A DNA stretch of 64,000 nucleotides from Spirochaetia bacterium (GCA_963662795.1 OY759746.1:1952001-2016000); one strand, 5' to 3'; counted from the first letter of the stretch, positions 30,220-41,386 are shown. Translations and numbers: made by a program. Notes: a model not told the origin generated them from the sequence alone.

Positions 30220-30402
30220 GTCCAGCCTTGGCTCCGCCGTGCGGCTTGGACAAGAAGCCTGGCCACTACGTATAACACAGCATAACCGGTTCCGGCCATT
30301 CGGCCTTCACCAAAATTGCTTCGCAACTTCGGTTATGCTGGGAACGTTATGCTCAATACCAGCCGCAAGAAGAAATCGCCCGGACCTCCGGCCGACGGGC
30401 GA
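30220..30402. repeat. Junction R18 (F; minimal delta core; G)
   Basis: TAAC 30273, GTT 30346. Confidence 0.88.
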
Positions 30403-30476
30403 AGAAAAGATGTTGTGCTGTTTGATATACTTTAAACATAAAATATATAGTTTTCTAATTATTTAATATGTTATAT
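30403..30476 (+). other. attI-like leader
   Basis: ..TAATAT|GTTATATTG complements CAATATAAC at 32036. Confidence 0.65.
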
Positions 30477-30529
30477 TGAAAATAATACTTTAGCAAAGCA
30501 CATCAGAAAAATATATAATAGGACTTTGT

Positions 30530-31159
30530 ATGTATAATATTACTTTTATAAGCACAATTCATATGGAAATTGGAAAATGTAATGCAGATGAATTATGTAA
30601 TATTTTAAATGAAATTCAACCAGAAGTTATTTTTTTAGAAGCACTTGATAATACTTATTCAAAATATGATGAGCTTTTGTTTTCATCATTTTATCAATTT
30701 CATGAAAAATTAGAGATAAAAGCAATTCAGAAATACTGTATAAATAATTCTTGTAAATATGTTCCAGTACTTAATAATAGTTTATCAGTAGCCTTTGACA
30801 AAAAAAGCAAAATAATTTGTGAAAATAATAAAATACAAACATTGATGGATAAATATAATTCATTGGCTTCTAAACATGGTTTTAAATTTCTTAATAGCGA
30901 TGAATGTATTGATTTGGAAGAAGAGATGCGTCTTTTAGGAAATAAAATATTAAATGATATAGAAATGGAACAAGCCGTTAATTTAGATATTAACCTATAT
31001 GAAGACTCAATGTTAAGTAATATATATTCATATTGCAAGAATAATAGTTTCAATACTGCAATCTTTATGTGTGGTGTGGCACATAGAAAATCTATCATTG
31101 AAAAAATAAAAAAATATAATATTCAGGAAAAAATAGATCTCAAATGGATAGTTTATTGA
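30530..31159 (+). CDS. Hypothetical protein (TraB/GumN-like motifs)
   Basis: STIH, PEVIFLE, CGVAHR. Confidence 0.6.
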   Translation: MYNITFISTIHMEIGKCNADELCNILNEIQPEVIFLEALDNTYSKYDELLFSSFYQFHEKLEIKAIQKYCINNSCKYVPVLNNSLSVAFDKKSKIICENNKIQTLMDKYNSLASKHGFKFLNSDECIDLEEEMRLLGNKILNDIEMEQAVNLDINLYEDSMLSNIYSYCKNNSFNTAIFMCGVAHRKSIIEKIKKYNIQEKIDLKWIVY

Positions 31160-31236
31160 AAATTGAATCATTCATTATATATTTCACACATTAATAATTA
31201 TTTGTAGTGTCGTGAAATATTATTAAAGGTAAAAAA

Positions 31237-32028
31237 ATGGATACTATAGATAATTTAATTATTTATTTAAATAAATGGTTAAAACAATTTGAAAAAGATG
31301 AAAAAATTGCTTTAAAAATGATTGAATTACAAAAGCAATTAGAATGGGAAAAAGATGCTATTAGTAAATTACCTAAAAGTTTACTGGATAATAATAATAT
31401 TCAAATAAATAATGATTTTTATAAAGTATTATTAGATCAGTTTCAAGAAAAATATCCGATTACTGAAGAAAAAGATGAAGGATATATAGCTGGAAATATA
31501 GAAATAGTCGCTAGTTCAAGTTCAACAATTTTCAAAATAGTAAAATTATCAGAATTAAAAAATCAAAAGTATTTAAATGAATTATTAATATCAAAAGAAG
31601 AGATTGATAATATAAAACGTAAAATAGAGAAAATTGCTGAATGGTTTAATACGGTAAATGTGCAATTAAAAAATGAATTTGATGAAAGTATAGATAAATA
31701 CTATTTAAAGAATGAAAATCAAAATGAAAATTATATAATTGGAATATCCATGAGAAATTTAATAGAGCATCTAAAAGGATTTTTATGGACTAAAGTAAAA
31801 AATAGAAAAAGTCAGAAATGTTCAATGAAAATAATACTGAATGATTTAAAAGATCAAAAAATAAAATTAGATATGAATCAAATTGAAAAAATTAATAACG
31901 ATTTTAAAGATTTGCATAAAAATCTTACACAAATAGCAAAAAATCAAGATAATTTATTGAATATAAAAATTGTATTCAATGAATACATAAATATCATATA
32001 TACAATAAAATATTTTTTAGATTTATAA
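31237..32028 (+). CDS. Hypothetical protein
   Basis: 263-aa ORF with RBS. Confidence 0.65.
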   Translation: MDTIDNLIIYLNKWLKQFEKDEKIALKMIELQKQLEWEKDAISKLPKSLLDNNNIQINNDFYKVLLDQFQEKYPITEEKDEGYIAGNIEIVASSSSTIFKIVKLSELKNQKYLNELLISKEEIDNIKRKIEKIAEWFNTVNVQLKNEFDESIDKYYLKNENQNENYIIGISMRNLIEHLKGFLWTKVKNRKSQKCSMKIILNDLKDQKIKLDMNQIEKINNDFKDLHKNLTQIAKNQDNLLNIKIVFNEYINIIYTIKYFLDL

Positions 32029-32037
32029 AAAATCACA

Positions 32038-32143
32038 ATATAACAATCAGTTGGAGCAGATTTGACTTTTATCACAGTTCTTGTAGAGTAAGAACACTCG
32101 CCAACCTTTCAAGGTAAATAAACTGCTCAGCTGGGCGTTAAAA
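32038..32143. repeat. Classical attC (inner)
   Basis: ATATAAC-AATCA-GTTGGAGC...GCTCAGC-TGGGC-GTTAAAA; same family as 15241. Confidence 0.8.
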
Positions 32144-32167
32144 AGACAAATTAAAAATGGGAACGAA

Positions 32168-32439
32168 GTCCAGCCTTGGCTCCGCCGTGCGGCTTGGACA
32201 AGAAGCGGCTGGTACTGGAGCATAACAGCGGTTAAAGCGCTGCGCTCGGATTACCTCGCTTGGCCTGCGGCAAACATCGTAGAGTTCAAAATACAACTGT
32301 ATGTAACACCAGTTTTGAAAACAATAAATAAAAACTTTCTGTTATCTATTCTTAATCTACAATGCTTCGCTTAACCGCGGGACGTTATCCACAATGCCCC
32401 CACAAGAGAAAATCGCCCGGACCTCCGGCCGACGGGCGA
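32168..32439. repeat. Junction R19 (G; alpha'; A)
   Basis: TAAC 32223, GTT 32384. Confidence 0.9.
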
Positions 32440-32479
32440 GGATAGTAAAAGTAGAATATTTTACAATAAAAGAGGTTTA

Positions 32480-33820
32480 TTGATGAAAATATCTGAGGTT
32501 CTCAGTGAAACCAAATACATTATGTATTTTTTTGAATGCATTAAACTGACATATAAACCAAAAAAATTAATATCTTTTGCGGAAAAACAATCTACATCAA
32601 ATATATTAAAAAATTCAATATTATTATTATTTATAGTTTCAGCATATTATTCATTAATTTTTATTATTTTTAATAATGATTATTCATTTGAGAAACAAAT
32701 TAGGTTATCATTTAATTCATTGTTTTTATCATTAATATTTTTACCAAGTGTAATAGCTTCAATTTCGTTTAGAAAAAAAACTTTAAGATCAAGAGTAAAA
32801 ACTGCATTTTATATATCAATAAATTTTATTGTCTTTTATTTATCAATACCCATTACTTTATATATAATATTTATTAAAACCGAAAAATATTTTTATTATT
32901 ATTCATTTTGGATTGGATATTTTATAATTTGGATTTTTTGTATTGTAATTTTTCCAATACTAATAAATACCAGTTACAATAGAATATTTAGTACGTTACT
33001 TTCTATATTTCTTATAGTGATAATGAATATTACGATAAACCTGATTATTAGTAATGGTGATAATAATATTTTAGAAGAATTTGATCCGATAATTTATGAA
33101 AATAATAGTAAAAGAGTAATGGAAAATGCTCATATTGATTTTTTATCTGAAAATGGACAAATTATAGTGAGTAGTTTTAATAATTATCTTGATACTATGA
33201 AATATTATTATCTTGAAAATATAATGATAGAAGAAAAAACAATGGATTTGATAATTAGTAATTTACAAGATATAGAAAGTAAAATAACGTTTAAAACAAA
33301 TCAAGAAATAATAAAAACAAGTAAAGAAAAAGCCTTATTGCTAAAAAAAATTATTGTGCAAACAACTCGAATAAAAAAAATATCTGATGAATTACCTGAA
33401 GGATTAAAAAGAAGTATAGCTTTTAATGAAGAAGCAAATACGATACTTGTAAAAAATAAAGAACTTATTAAAGAAGAATTAAGAAAAATACAAGATATAG
33501 AAAATAGGATAAAAAATAATTCGAATGAAATAACAAATAAAGAAGCAATTAAAATAAAAGAAGAAATCAAACGAATGAGTATAAAATCAAAAGAATTAGA
33601 TGAAGAAATAGAAAAAATTACTGAACTACTAGAAAAATCACAGACTGAAATGGAAAACACAAAAGCCTATATTGATTATCTTCAAAAGGTTAATAGTGTT
33701 GGAAAAGAAGTAAATATAATAATAAATGATTATAATATTGTTACTCAGAATAGTATTAAAGCAGTTGAAAGAATAAATGCAATATATAAGATGAAAATAT
33801 TTTTTTGGATGTTTCCATAA
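32480..33820 (+). CDS. Multi-TM protein with C-terminal coiled coil
   Basis: ~5 TM helices then heptad-rich region. Confidence 0.7.
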   Translation: MMKISEVLSETKYIMYFFECIKLTYKPKKLISFAEKQSTSNILKNSILLLFIVSAYYSLIFIIFNNDYSFEKQIRLSFNSLFLSLIFLPSVIASISFRKKTLRSRVKTAFYISINFIVFYLSIPITLYIIFIKTEKYFYYYSFWIGYFIIWIFCIVIFPILINTSYNRIFSTLLSIFLIVIMNITINLIISNGDNNILEEFDPIIYENNSKRVMENAHIDFLSENGQIIVSSFNNYLDTMKYYYLENIMIEEKTMDLIISNLQDIESKITFKTNQEIIKTSKEKALLLKKIIVQTTRIKKISDELPEGLKRSIAFNEEANTILVKNKELIKEELRKIQDIENRIKNNSNEITNKEAIKIKEEIKRMSIKSKELDEEIEKITELLEKSQTEMENTKAYIDYLQKVNSVGKEVNIIINDYNIVTQNSIKAVERINAIYKMKIFFWMFP

Positions 33821-33888
33821 TACTTACTATGAAATATTGTATAAATAGGGCATGTAAAGGTAGAGTTATTGCTTGACATTTGAAAGAA

Positions 33889-34157
33889 GTCCGGCCTTGG
33901 CTCCGCCGTACGGCCTGGACAAGAAGTGGGGGCACTGGTGGATAACAGCGGTTAAAGCGCTGCGCTCGCAAGCTCGCTTGGGCTCCTGCCAGTTGTGCTG
34001 GCAGTTCGCCAAACATCGCAGCTTGAAATAAAAGTAAAAGAACTAAACAGCTTGTGGAATAATGTAATCATAAATTGCGATGCTTCGCTTAACCGCGGGA
34101 CGTTATCCACAATGCCCCCACAAGAGGAAATCGCCCGGACCTCCGGCCGACGGGCGA
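33889..34157. repeat. Junction R20 (A; alpha'; A)
   Basis: TAAC 33943, GTT 34102. Confidence 0.9.
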
Positions 34158-34233
34158 GGATGTAGTGCAATATGAAAAATGTACAGTATAATAATATATG
34201 TTAGGCGCAAATCATGTATCATGGAATACAATT

Positions 34234-35553
34234 TTAATGAAAAACAATACCATCTTTTTCTGACAGTTTGAGGAGAATCACAGTGATGATTAGCCCAATG
34301 ACTTCTGCAATTCCTACAGTAAACCAAATAATTGAATCTCCAAATAATACTGGTAATAGAGTGATTGAAATAGGGGTTAGAACTAGAGATCTAATACAAA
34401 CTGATATAACAGCATATTTTGTTCGTTTTGTGGAATAGAGATAAGTTGAAATCATCAAATTTAATGAAAGAACAATATAAGCCCAGCTAAATTTGGGTAG
34501 TGCTTCAATTGTAATTTGAAGAAGGAAGTTGTCAGAATTAAAAAGTGGGATAATTTTGCTTTTAAAAGTTACCAACAATAGAAAAACTATTGCTGCACTT
34601 AGAAAGTTGATCAACATACCAGAATGGAAATAAAATTTGAGATCTTTTTCATTTTTACGACCATAGCTTTGTCCGATTAATGGCTGCAACCCTTCAGATA
34701 TTCCAAAGAAGATACCTATTGAAAATGATGTCAAAAAGGAAATAATTGAAAAAGCTGAAACAGCATTATCACTAAGCGTTTTTATCAATATGTAATTCAT
34801 ACACAAAATTAACACTGGCATTCCAAATTGTGAGATCATTTCTGGCAACCCACGCATTAATACTTTTTTAAAGAGTAAAATTGATACAGAGAATCTTTTG
34901 ATTCTCAAATTTCCCCGATTTAGGGCAAAATGGCTTAACAGAATTACAAGAGTACCAATTTGTCCCACCCCTGATGCAATAGCCGCTCCTTTGACTCCCA
35001 TTTGCAAAGGAAATATGAATAGCCAATCTAGGGCAATATTCATTATGGTACCAATAATGACAGCAATGCTGACTAGTATCGGGGCGCCGTCATTCCGCAC
35101 GAATCCTTGAAGGATTATAGAAATAATTGCTGGAAGGAAGAAAGAGCTGACAAAGAAAATGTATTCGGATGTCATATCATGGAAAGTTTCGTTAGCGGCA
35201 CTTAACGTTGCGATTTGATTGGAAAAGACCATACCCAGAATCATGATGATAACTGATATCATAAATGATGCTGAAGTAGCGTGCATGAAAGCACTATTTG
35301 CCCCTTCAACATCGTTACGCCCAAGTCGTATTGCTGTAATGGTGATGCCGCCGATAGTCAACAGTATAGCAATGGCATTTGCCATAAGAGTGTACGGTAG
35401 TGCTAGGTTGACTGCACCTAAAGCAACGGCTCCAACACCGCGTCCAACAAAGATGCCGTCAACAATGATATAAAGGAAAACAGAGCATGAACCAGCGACT
35501 GTAGGGATAATGTAACGGAACATGTTTCGAGTTCTAACGTTAATTTTCTTCAT
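34234..35553 (-). CDS. MATE family efflux transporter
   Basis: IVDGIFVG, NIALDWLFIF..MGVKGAAIA, QPLIGQSYG. Confidence 0.9.
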   Translation of the reverse strand: MKKINVRTRNMFRYIIPTVAGSCSVFLYIIVDGIFVGRGVGAVALGAVNLALPYTLMANAIAILLTIGGITITAIRLGRNDVEGANSAFMHATSASFMISVIIMILGMVFSNQIATLSAANETFHDMTSEYIFFVSSFFLPAIISIILQGFVRNDGAPILVSIAVIIGTIMNIALDWLFIFPLQMGVKGAAIASGVGQIGTLVILLSHFALNRGNLRIKRFSVSILLFKKVLMRGLPEMISQFGMPVLILCMNYILIKTLSDNAVSAFSIISFLTSFSIGIFFGISEGLQPLIGQSYGRKNEKDLKFYFHSGMLINFLSAAIVFLLLVTFKSKIIPLFNSDNFLLQITIEALPKFSWAYIVLSLNLMISTYLYSTKRTKYAVISVCIRSLVLTPISITLLPVLFGDSIIWFTVGIAEVIGLIITVILLKLSEKDGIVFH

Positions 35554-35555
35554 TT

Positions 35556-36011
35556 TTATTCTGCCTTACAAAGGATGGTTCTTGATTTTTCACGAAATAT
35601 TTTCAAAAAATTCCGAAGAGATTGCAGCATTGCAATTCGATCTGCATCGCTCATTTCCATTAAAGTAGATTCTTCCAGTTGAAATATGATATCAAATATT
35701 TTACTGGCAAAGATGCGACCGGATTCGGTCAATACGATTCTTTTACTCCGGTGGTCGCTTGTAGATATCTCCAAAAAAATAAGTCTTTTCTTTATGAGTT
35801 CTTGCAGTGCGCTATTTACAGTTTGCTTGCTCATGGACCATTGGTCACATATATTTTTCTGACTGCAATAATCATCAGATTCATAGAGTGCATATAACAC
35901 CCAATAACTACTGTCCGAGAGATTGCTTTGGCTTGCTAACTTTCTGTATATTGCGTCAGTCTCTTTCCAGAGAGAATTAAATTCATAAAGCTGGTCATGT
36001 AGTGTAGCCAT
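35556..36011 (-). CDS. MarR family regulator
   Basis: SKQTVNSAL..DHRSKRIVLTESG. Confidence 0.88.
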   Translation of the reverse strand: MATLHDQLYEFNSLWKETDAIYRKLASQSNLSDSSYWVLYALYESDDYCSQKNICDQWSMSKQTVNSALQELIKKRLIFLEISTSDHRSKRIVLTESGRIFASKIFDIIFQLEESTLMEMSDADRIAMLQSLRNFLKIFREKSRTILCKAE

Positions 36012-36106
36012 ATATCCTCTTTTCCAATAATAGTCCGAAATAAGACCAATATAAAGACTTTTATTTAACTAGTCAATAGGCAAATAAAAGAGAATAAAGA
36101 AAGTAA

Positions 36107-36379
36107 GTCCGGCCTTGGCTTCCCGCCGTGCGGCCTGGACAAGAAGTGGGGCACTGGTGGATAACAGAGGATAAGGCGCTTCGCTCGGAATACCTCGCTT
36201 GGCCTGCGGCAAACATCGTAGATTTTGAACTACAATTGCTATAATTAACAATTTTTTGAAGAAAAATATTGCAACTTTGGAATATTCATTCTTGGGCTAC
36301 GATGCGTCGCTTATCCTCGGGACGTTATCCACAATGCCCCCACAAGAGAAAATCGCCCGGACCTCCGGCCGACGGGCGA
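36107..36379. repeat. Junction R21 (A; alpha; A)
   Basis: TAAC 36162, GTT 36324. Confidence 0.9.
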
Positions 36380-36454
36380 GAGAAAAAAATATAAGCTATT
36401 ATGTTAACTAATATATATTTATATAGTATAATAGTTTCTGAAGTAGTAAAGTGA

Positions 36455-36946
36455 GTGGGAATTATGATAAGAGAAGCTGAATTAAAAGATGTAAATGCAA
36501 TAGCACAGATAATAGTCACATCTTGGAAAACTGCTTATTCAGGAATAATTAATCCTGAATATTTGAATAGCCTTAAGCAAGATAAATATATAAAAATATT
36601 TACTGATAATATTTTAAATAAAAAAGAAAAAATACTTGTTAATGATGACAATGGAGTAAATGGATTTGTATCAGGAATAATACATGAAAATAGTAAATAT
36701 GACTGTGAGATAATAGGATTGTATATTAATCCAGAATATCAGAGAAAAGGTATAGGAAAAAAACTTGTTGAGGAAATTATAAAATATTTTAAGAGTAAAA
36801 ATAAAAAGAATTTAATAATTTGGACATTAAACAATGCTAAGAATAATGGTTTTTATGAAAGGATAGGATGTAGTAAAAAAGAATATAAGAATATGGAGAT
36901 TGGAGAAAAAGAATATAAAGGAGTTGGATTCAATATCCTTTTATGA
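36455..36946 (+). CDS. GNAT N-acetyltransferase
   Basis: LYINPEYQRKGIGKKL; FYERIG. Confidence 0.88.
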   Translation: MGIMIREAELKDVNAIAQIIVTSWKTAYSGIINPEYLNSLKQDKYIKIFTDNILNKKEKILVNDDNGVNGFVSGIIHENSKYDCEIIGLYINPEYQRKGIGKKLVEEIIKYFKSKNKKNLIIWTLNNAKNNGFYERIGCSKKEYKNMEIGEKEYKGVGFNILL

Positions 36947-36982
36947 ATAATAAAAGATCTTGTTAAATTGGTGAAAAAGAAA

Positions 36983-37256
36983 GTCCGGCCTTGGCTTCCA
37001 GCCGTGCGGCCTGGACAAGAAGTGGGGGCACTGGTGGATAACAGAGGATAAAGCGCTTCGCTCGGAGTACCTCGCTTGGCCTACGGCACACATCGCAGGT
37101 TTTGAAGTATAACTTCTATAAACAACTAGTTTTAAAAAATAAATACTGCAATTTTAAAAATATTATACATTGACTACGATGCGTCGCTTATCCTCAGGAC
37201 GTTATAAGCAATGTTCCCGCAAGAGAAAATCGCCCGGACCTCCGGCCGACGGGCGA
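36983..37256. repeat. Junction R22 (A; alpha; H)
   Basis: TAAC 37039, GTT 37201. Confidence 0.9.
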
Positions 37257-37336
37257 AGAAAACATGATCCACAATATAATTATAATATTCGCTATAGATA
37301 AAATATATAGTTTTCTTGTTGTTTAATATGTTATCT
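37257..37336 (+). other. attI-like leader
   Basis: ATATATAGTTTTCTTGTTGTTTAATAT|GTTATCT. Confidence 0.6.
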
Positions 37337-37414
37337 TCCCTTCGAGGAAAATCCAAAATTACTATATAGAGAGTAAAAAAAATTAAAAACAAAATAAATA
37401 AAGGATTTAAAGTT

Positions 37415-38233
37415 ATGAATAGTATTATTCCATCTGATAATTCATTAAAAGGATATATTTCAAATATATTTGATAAAAAAGCAAATAACTATTCAGAAAA
37501 TATTACCTTAAGAGCTCTGGTTCAGCTTATACCAAATATTGGTGGAGCTTTAGATACTATTTTATATGAAAAAGGATCCAAATGGAGACAAGAGAGAATT
37601 GAATATTTTATAAAATATTTTGAAGAAAAAATAAATGAATTGATAAAAGAAAATAATTTATTAAGTGAAAAAATAAATAAAGTAATTAATAGTGAAGATT
37701 TTTATGATTTATTTTTAAAAGCTTTAAAAGATTCAACATCAACTAAATATAAAGAAAAAATTAATTATTATGCTAATATATTAATAAATTATGTAAATAA
37801 AATACAAACACCAGAAGATTCTGAAATTATGATTGAAATACTATCTCAACAATTAAACTCAGAAATATATATTTTAACAAAGATATATTCCAATAATTCT
37901 AAAATTACTTTGTATAATTATAATAATGCATTTATTTTTTGGAATGAATTAAAACAATATTTGGAGAAAAATATTATTAAACTAAAATCTAATGACGATA
38001 TTCCCAAAGAATATATTTTTAATGATAATAATCTGTATTTGTTAAATAAATTAGAATCAAATTTTCTTTTAACCCGACAAGAATATGTAAATGGAGAATT
38101 ATTATCTTATACTCATAAAAAAACAAGTCAAACAACTACTTATCAAGTTAATATGACCAAAAAAGAATATAAATTAACTGATTTTGGAAAAAAGTATTTA
38201 GAATGGATACTAATCAATCAGAAAAGAGAATAA
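37415..38233 (+). CDS. Hypothetical protein (Abi-alpha/DUF4393-like)
   Basis: IPNIGGAL..EKINYYANIL..LTDFGKKYL. Confidence 0.55.
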   Translation: MNSIIPSDNSLKGYISNIFDKKANNYSENITLRALVQLIPNIGGALDTILYEKGSKWRQERIEYFIKYFEEKINELIKENNLLSEKINKVINSEDFYDLFLKALKDSTSTKYKEKINYYANILINYVNKIQTPEDSEIMIEILSQQLNSEIYILTKIYSNNSKITLYNYNNAFIFWNELKQYLEKNIIKLKSNDDIPKEYIFNDNNLYLLNKLESNFLLTRQEYVNGELLSYTHKKTSQTTTYQVNMTKKEYKLTDFGKKYLEWILINQKRE

Positions 38234-38244
38234 AAAAATTTAAA

Positions 38245-38351
38245 ACATAATAAAAAGATGGAGCAGATTTGACTTTTGGCACGTGTTCTTGCATAGCAAG
38301 AACACGTGCCAATCCTTCAGAACAGTCAAACAGCTTAACTTGGCGCTATGT
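38245..38351. repeat. Degenerate classical attC (inner)
   Basis: Homologous to 15241/32038 (GGAGCAGATTTGACTTT..GTTCTTGC..GCAAGAAC); core sites mutated. Confidence 0.7.
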
Positions 38352-38411
38352 CGACGACTTTAGCGCGGTAAATATATGTTATAATTGCATTACAAACTGA
38401 GGAGGAGTAAT

Positions 38412-39248
38412 ATGAATAAATTCTGGTTTTTTTCTTATTTTGTTATCATTTTTTCTTTGTCATCCTGTGGAGTTCCGAAGGTTGATTATAACAAGCTTCA
38501 ACATGAGAATGAAGAATTGAAATTAGAAATAGAGACTTTACGAAATGATCTGGATGAGTATATTAACGGAGCTGAACGTACTTTTATTTTAATCAAAAAG
38601 GCATTTGGAGAAAGTAATTTTGCAGAGGCAAAAGAAAAACTCTCTCTACTTGAGAAATATCATCCCGAAGAAATGGAGGGAATAGAAATAAAAAAAATAA
38701 TTCGTCAAATTGAAACAAAAGAGAAGGAAGAAAGACTCCGCAAGGAGGAAGAAGAAAAGGAAAGAATTCGTTTAGAAAATTTAAAAAACACAGGCATTTG
38801 GAAGGTTACTTATTATGTTGATAACTTTGGAGAACCTACGAAAGATGGATATATTCGAAACACAAATTTAATTAATGGTACATTTAGCAATACGGCGACA
38901 CAGAATTCGCCACTCAATGTTCAATTCTTAATTAACAACAGTTCTAATATAGACATTATGCTGTTTGAATATGCAGGAAATAATCCAGTAAAAGCATATT
39001 CTAAAGAAACATATACAGTACAAGTTCAGGATAAAGATGGTAATCGCAATTCTTTATCTGCAACAAATTATTCTGATAGATTATCTTTTGGTGAGAGTGC
39101 ATCACGAATTATCCATAAGGCATTAATGAAGGGTGGATCACTTAAATTTAGAATAGTTGAAGATGAAACGACAACGACACAATATCAATTTGATATTATC
39201 AATGCAGATTGGTACGAAAATGCCTATAGGCTACTGACAGGTCAATGA
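38412..39248 (+). CDS. Putative lipoprotein
   Basis: GGAGGAG RBS, LSSC lipobox, coiled coil. Confidence 0.75.
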   Translation: MNKFWFFSYFVIIFSLSSCGVPKVDYNKLQHENEELKLEIETLRNDLDEYINGAERTFILIKKAFGESNFAEAKEKLSLLEKYHPEEMEGIEIKKIIRQIETKEKEERLRKEEEEKERIRLENLKNTGIWKVTYYVDNFGEPTKDGYIRNTNLINGTFSNTATQNSPLNVQFLINNSSNIDIMLFEYAGNNPVKAYSKETYTVQVQDKDGNRNSLSATNYSDRLSFGESASRIIHKALMKGGSLKFRIVEDETTTTQYQFDIINADWYENAYRLLTGQ

Positions 39249-39277
39249 AACGGAATATTTTGGTATTGAAGAAGGAG

Positions 39278-39403
39278 ATATAACAAAGAATTCAATCTGA
39301 CATTTCCTTTGTCACGGTTTGTGCGACTAGCATCGCTCATTTTCATGCACAAACCGTGACAAGTCCTCCGGACGCGGAAACGTAGGTTAACTCAATGTTA
39401 AAA
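39278..39403. repeat. Classical attC (inner)
   Basis: ATATAAC..TTCAATCTGAC..TTGTCACGGTTTGTGC..GCACAAACCGTGACAA..GGTTAAC-TCAAT-GTTAAAA. Confidence 0.82.
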
Positions 39404-39445
39404 TTATAAGTTATAAAAATCAAAAATAATTTTAAATAAAATGAA

Positions 39446-39737
39446 GTCCGGCCTTGGCTCCGCCGTACGGCCTGGACAAGAAGCGGGAACACTGCTTATA
39501 ACAGCGATTATTTCGCTGCGCTCCCTGTGGTCGCTTGGGCTCCTGCCAGTTGAACTGGCAGATCGCCATATTTTGTTTTCTTAAAACCGGAACAACTTAT
39601 GTTTTTTGCTTTTTAAAGTTTGAAAAATACAAATAAAAGTATTTTAGAGTTTAGTCACAAAACATCGAATAATCGCGGGACGTTATAAGCAATGTTCCCG
39701 CAAGAGAGAATCGCCCGGACCTCCGGCCAACGGGCGA
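39446..39737. repeat. Junction R23 (H; beta; H)
   Basis: TAAC 39499, GTT 39682. Confidence 0.9.
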
Positions 39738-39803
39738 GGATATACAGCAAACTAAAACTTACTAAAAACAAATATAAAAGCAAAAAAGTATTATAGGTAA
39801 AAA

Positions 39804-40223
39804 ATGAAAAAAGAAAATATATCAAGCATGATAGAAAAGCTACCATTTTATCTTAAGGAACGTATTGACGGTTATGTTAAGTCTGTTGACATCGTTTTAA
39901 TTGATATATTTAAATCGGCTGGTGTAAAATACAGTGATGAAATTGCCCAAGATGTGATTTTTATAGCTTTTCTTAAAAAATTCTATGCAATAGTAAACTC
40001 TGCATATTGGACTTTAGATAATACTGGAGAAATATTAGAGAACAATGGGATAAGTAGTGTATGGATAGGTTCAACAAATTATTCAAGATATAGTGAATAT
40101 TATGGCAATCTTTTTAGAATGCAGGATAAATTTAAGACAATACTCGAGGATGGTAATGTATTCGAAATGGTATTTAATATGAATTATAAAGAAATAATAA
40201 AGCATCTTTCCAATGAATATTGA
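39804..40223 (+). CDS. Hypothetical protein
   Basis: ORF coupled to next gene. Confidence 0.65.
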   Translation: MKKENISSMIEKLPFYLKERIDGYVKSVDIVLIDIFKSAGVKYSDEIAQDVIFIAFLKKFYAIVNSAYWTLDNTGEILENNGISSVWIGSTNYSRYSEYYGNLFRMQDKFKTILEDGNVFEMVFNMNYKEIIKHLSNEY

Positions 40224-40917
40224 AGAAATAAGTTTACATATCTCTAATTTTATAGATGAATTCAAACAAGAACTATACATGCTTGCACAGAATGAATCAA
40301 AAGCATTAGAACTTGCTGGAACTATTGCTGTTGGAGAGCATTATAAATCGTTAGGATATACATTAGAAATTAAGAACCCCGAAAAAAGAAAGAATGCATT
40401 CGTCGTTAAAACATCGACTAGGGGGTATCCTTGGAATTTTTCTAAGATTTGCATTTCAAAAAATAGTAATTCATATGAAATACATACTAATTTATCGGTA
40501 AAAAGTTTTCATGATGTTGGAATATACTGTGTTGATATTGGTATTATTTGCGCTGATTCAATAATTAAGGATGAAAGCAAATGGAAATGTGTCGATAATG
40601 AAAAGCTTATTTCATTTGGGGAAGTGAAGAAGTTAGTTGTCTATCCAATGCTACTTGCTCAATTTATCGGTATTGTTCATGAGATTAAACCGTATTTTTT
40701 GATAGATGAAAGAATTCAAGATGACATATTGCCCCCAACCTTGATTAGTCTTGGTAATTTTAGCGGTAATTCACAATCAATTGTTGATAATTATAAGAAA
40801 AGAAATATAAATGTATATATAGCGCATAACTTTGATGTAAGGCTAGCTAATTACCGAGCAAGACGAATAACTACACCTTTTTATTCAATAGATCTTGAAT
40901 CGAGCATAGAATTTTAA
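40213..40917 (+). CDS. Hypothetical protein, possible PD-(D/E)XK nuclease
   Basis: VDIGII..FGEVKK. Confidence 0.55.
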   Translation: MNIEEISLHISNFIDEFKQELYMLAQNESKALELAGTIAVGEHYKSLGYTLEIKNPEKRKNAFVVKTSTRGYPWNFSKICISKNSNSYEIHTNLSVKSFHDVGIYCVDIGIICADSIIKDESKWKCVDNEKLISFGEVKKLVVYPMLLAQFIGIVHEIKPYFLIDERIQDDILPPTLISLGNFSGNSQSIVDNYKKRNINVYIAHNFDVRLANYRARRITTPFYSIDLESSIEF

Positions 40918-41023
40918 GAAATTGAAGATTGATGCGAATCTAAGAAGTATAATCTGTTTTTAAAAAAATAGAAGTTTTTATTGATATTGTATACTGGTGG
41001 TTTATTACCTGTCAGTTCAGGAA

Positions 41024-41276
41024 GTCCAGCCTTGGCTCCGCCGTGCGGCTTGGACAAGAAGCGGGAACACTGCTTATAACAGCGAATGACCGGTTTCGGC
41101 TGTTTCTAAGGAAGCAGCCTCCACCCAAATTGCCAAAATAATGCATGTTAAGAATAATGGAATAGAGTATAAACTTTCAGAGTGAAAAACACTATTGGCA
41201 ACTTCGGTCATTCGCGGGATGTTATAAGCAATGTTCCCGCAAGAGAAAATCGCCCGGACCTCCGGCCGACGGGCGA
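41024..41276. repeat. Junction R24 (H; gamma; H)
   Basis: TAAC 41077, GTT 41221. Confidence 0.9.
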
Positions 41277-41386
41277 GAAATATGATTAGTAAAAATAAAC
41301 CTAATACCGAAATATGTTATATTCAATATTAGTAAAAAAGAATAATAATTATGTAATTAAATAAAAAATAAAGGTACACATTATAA

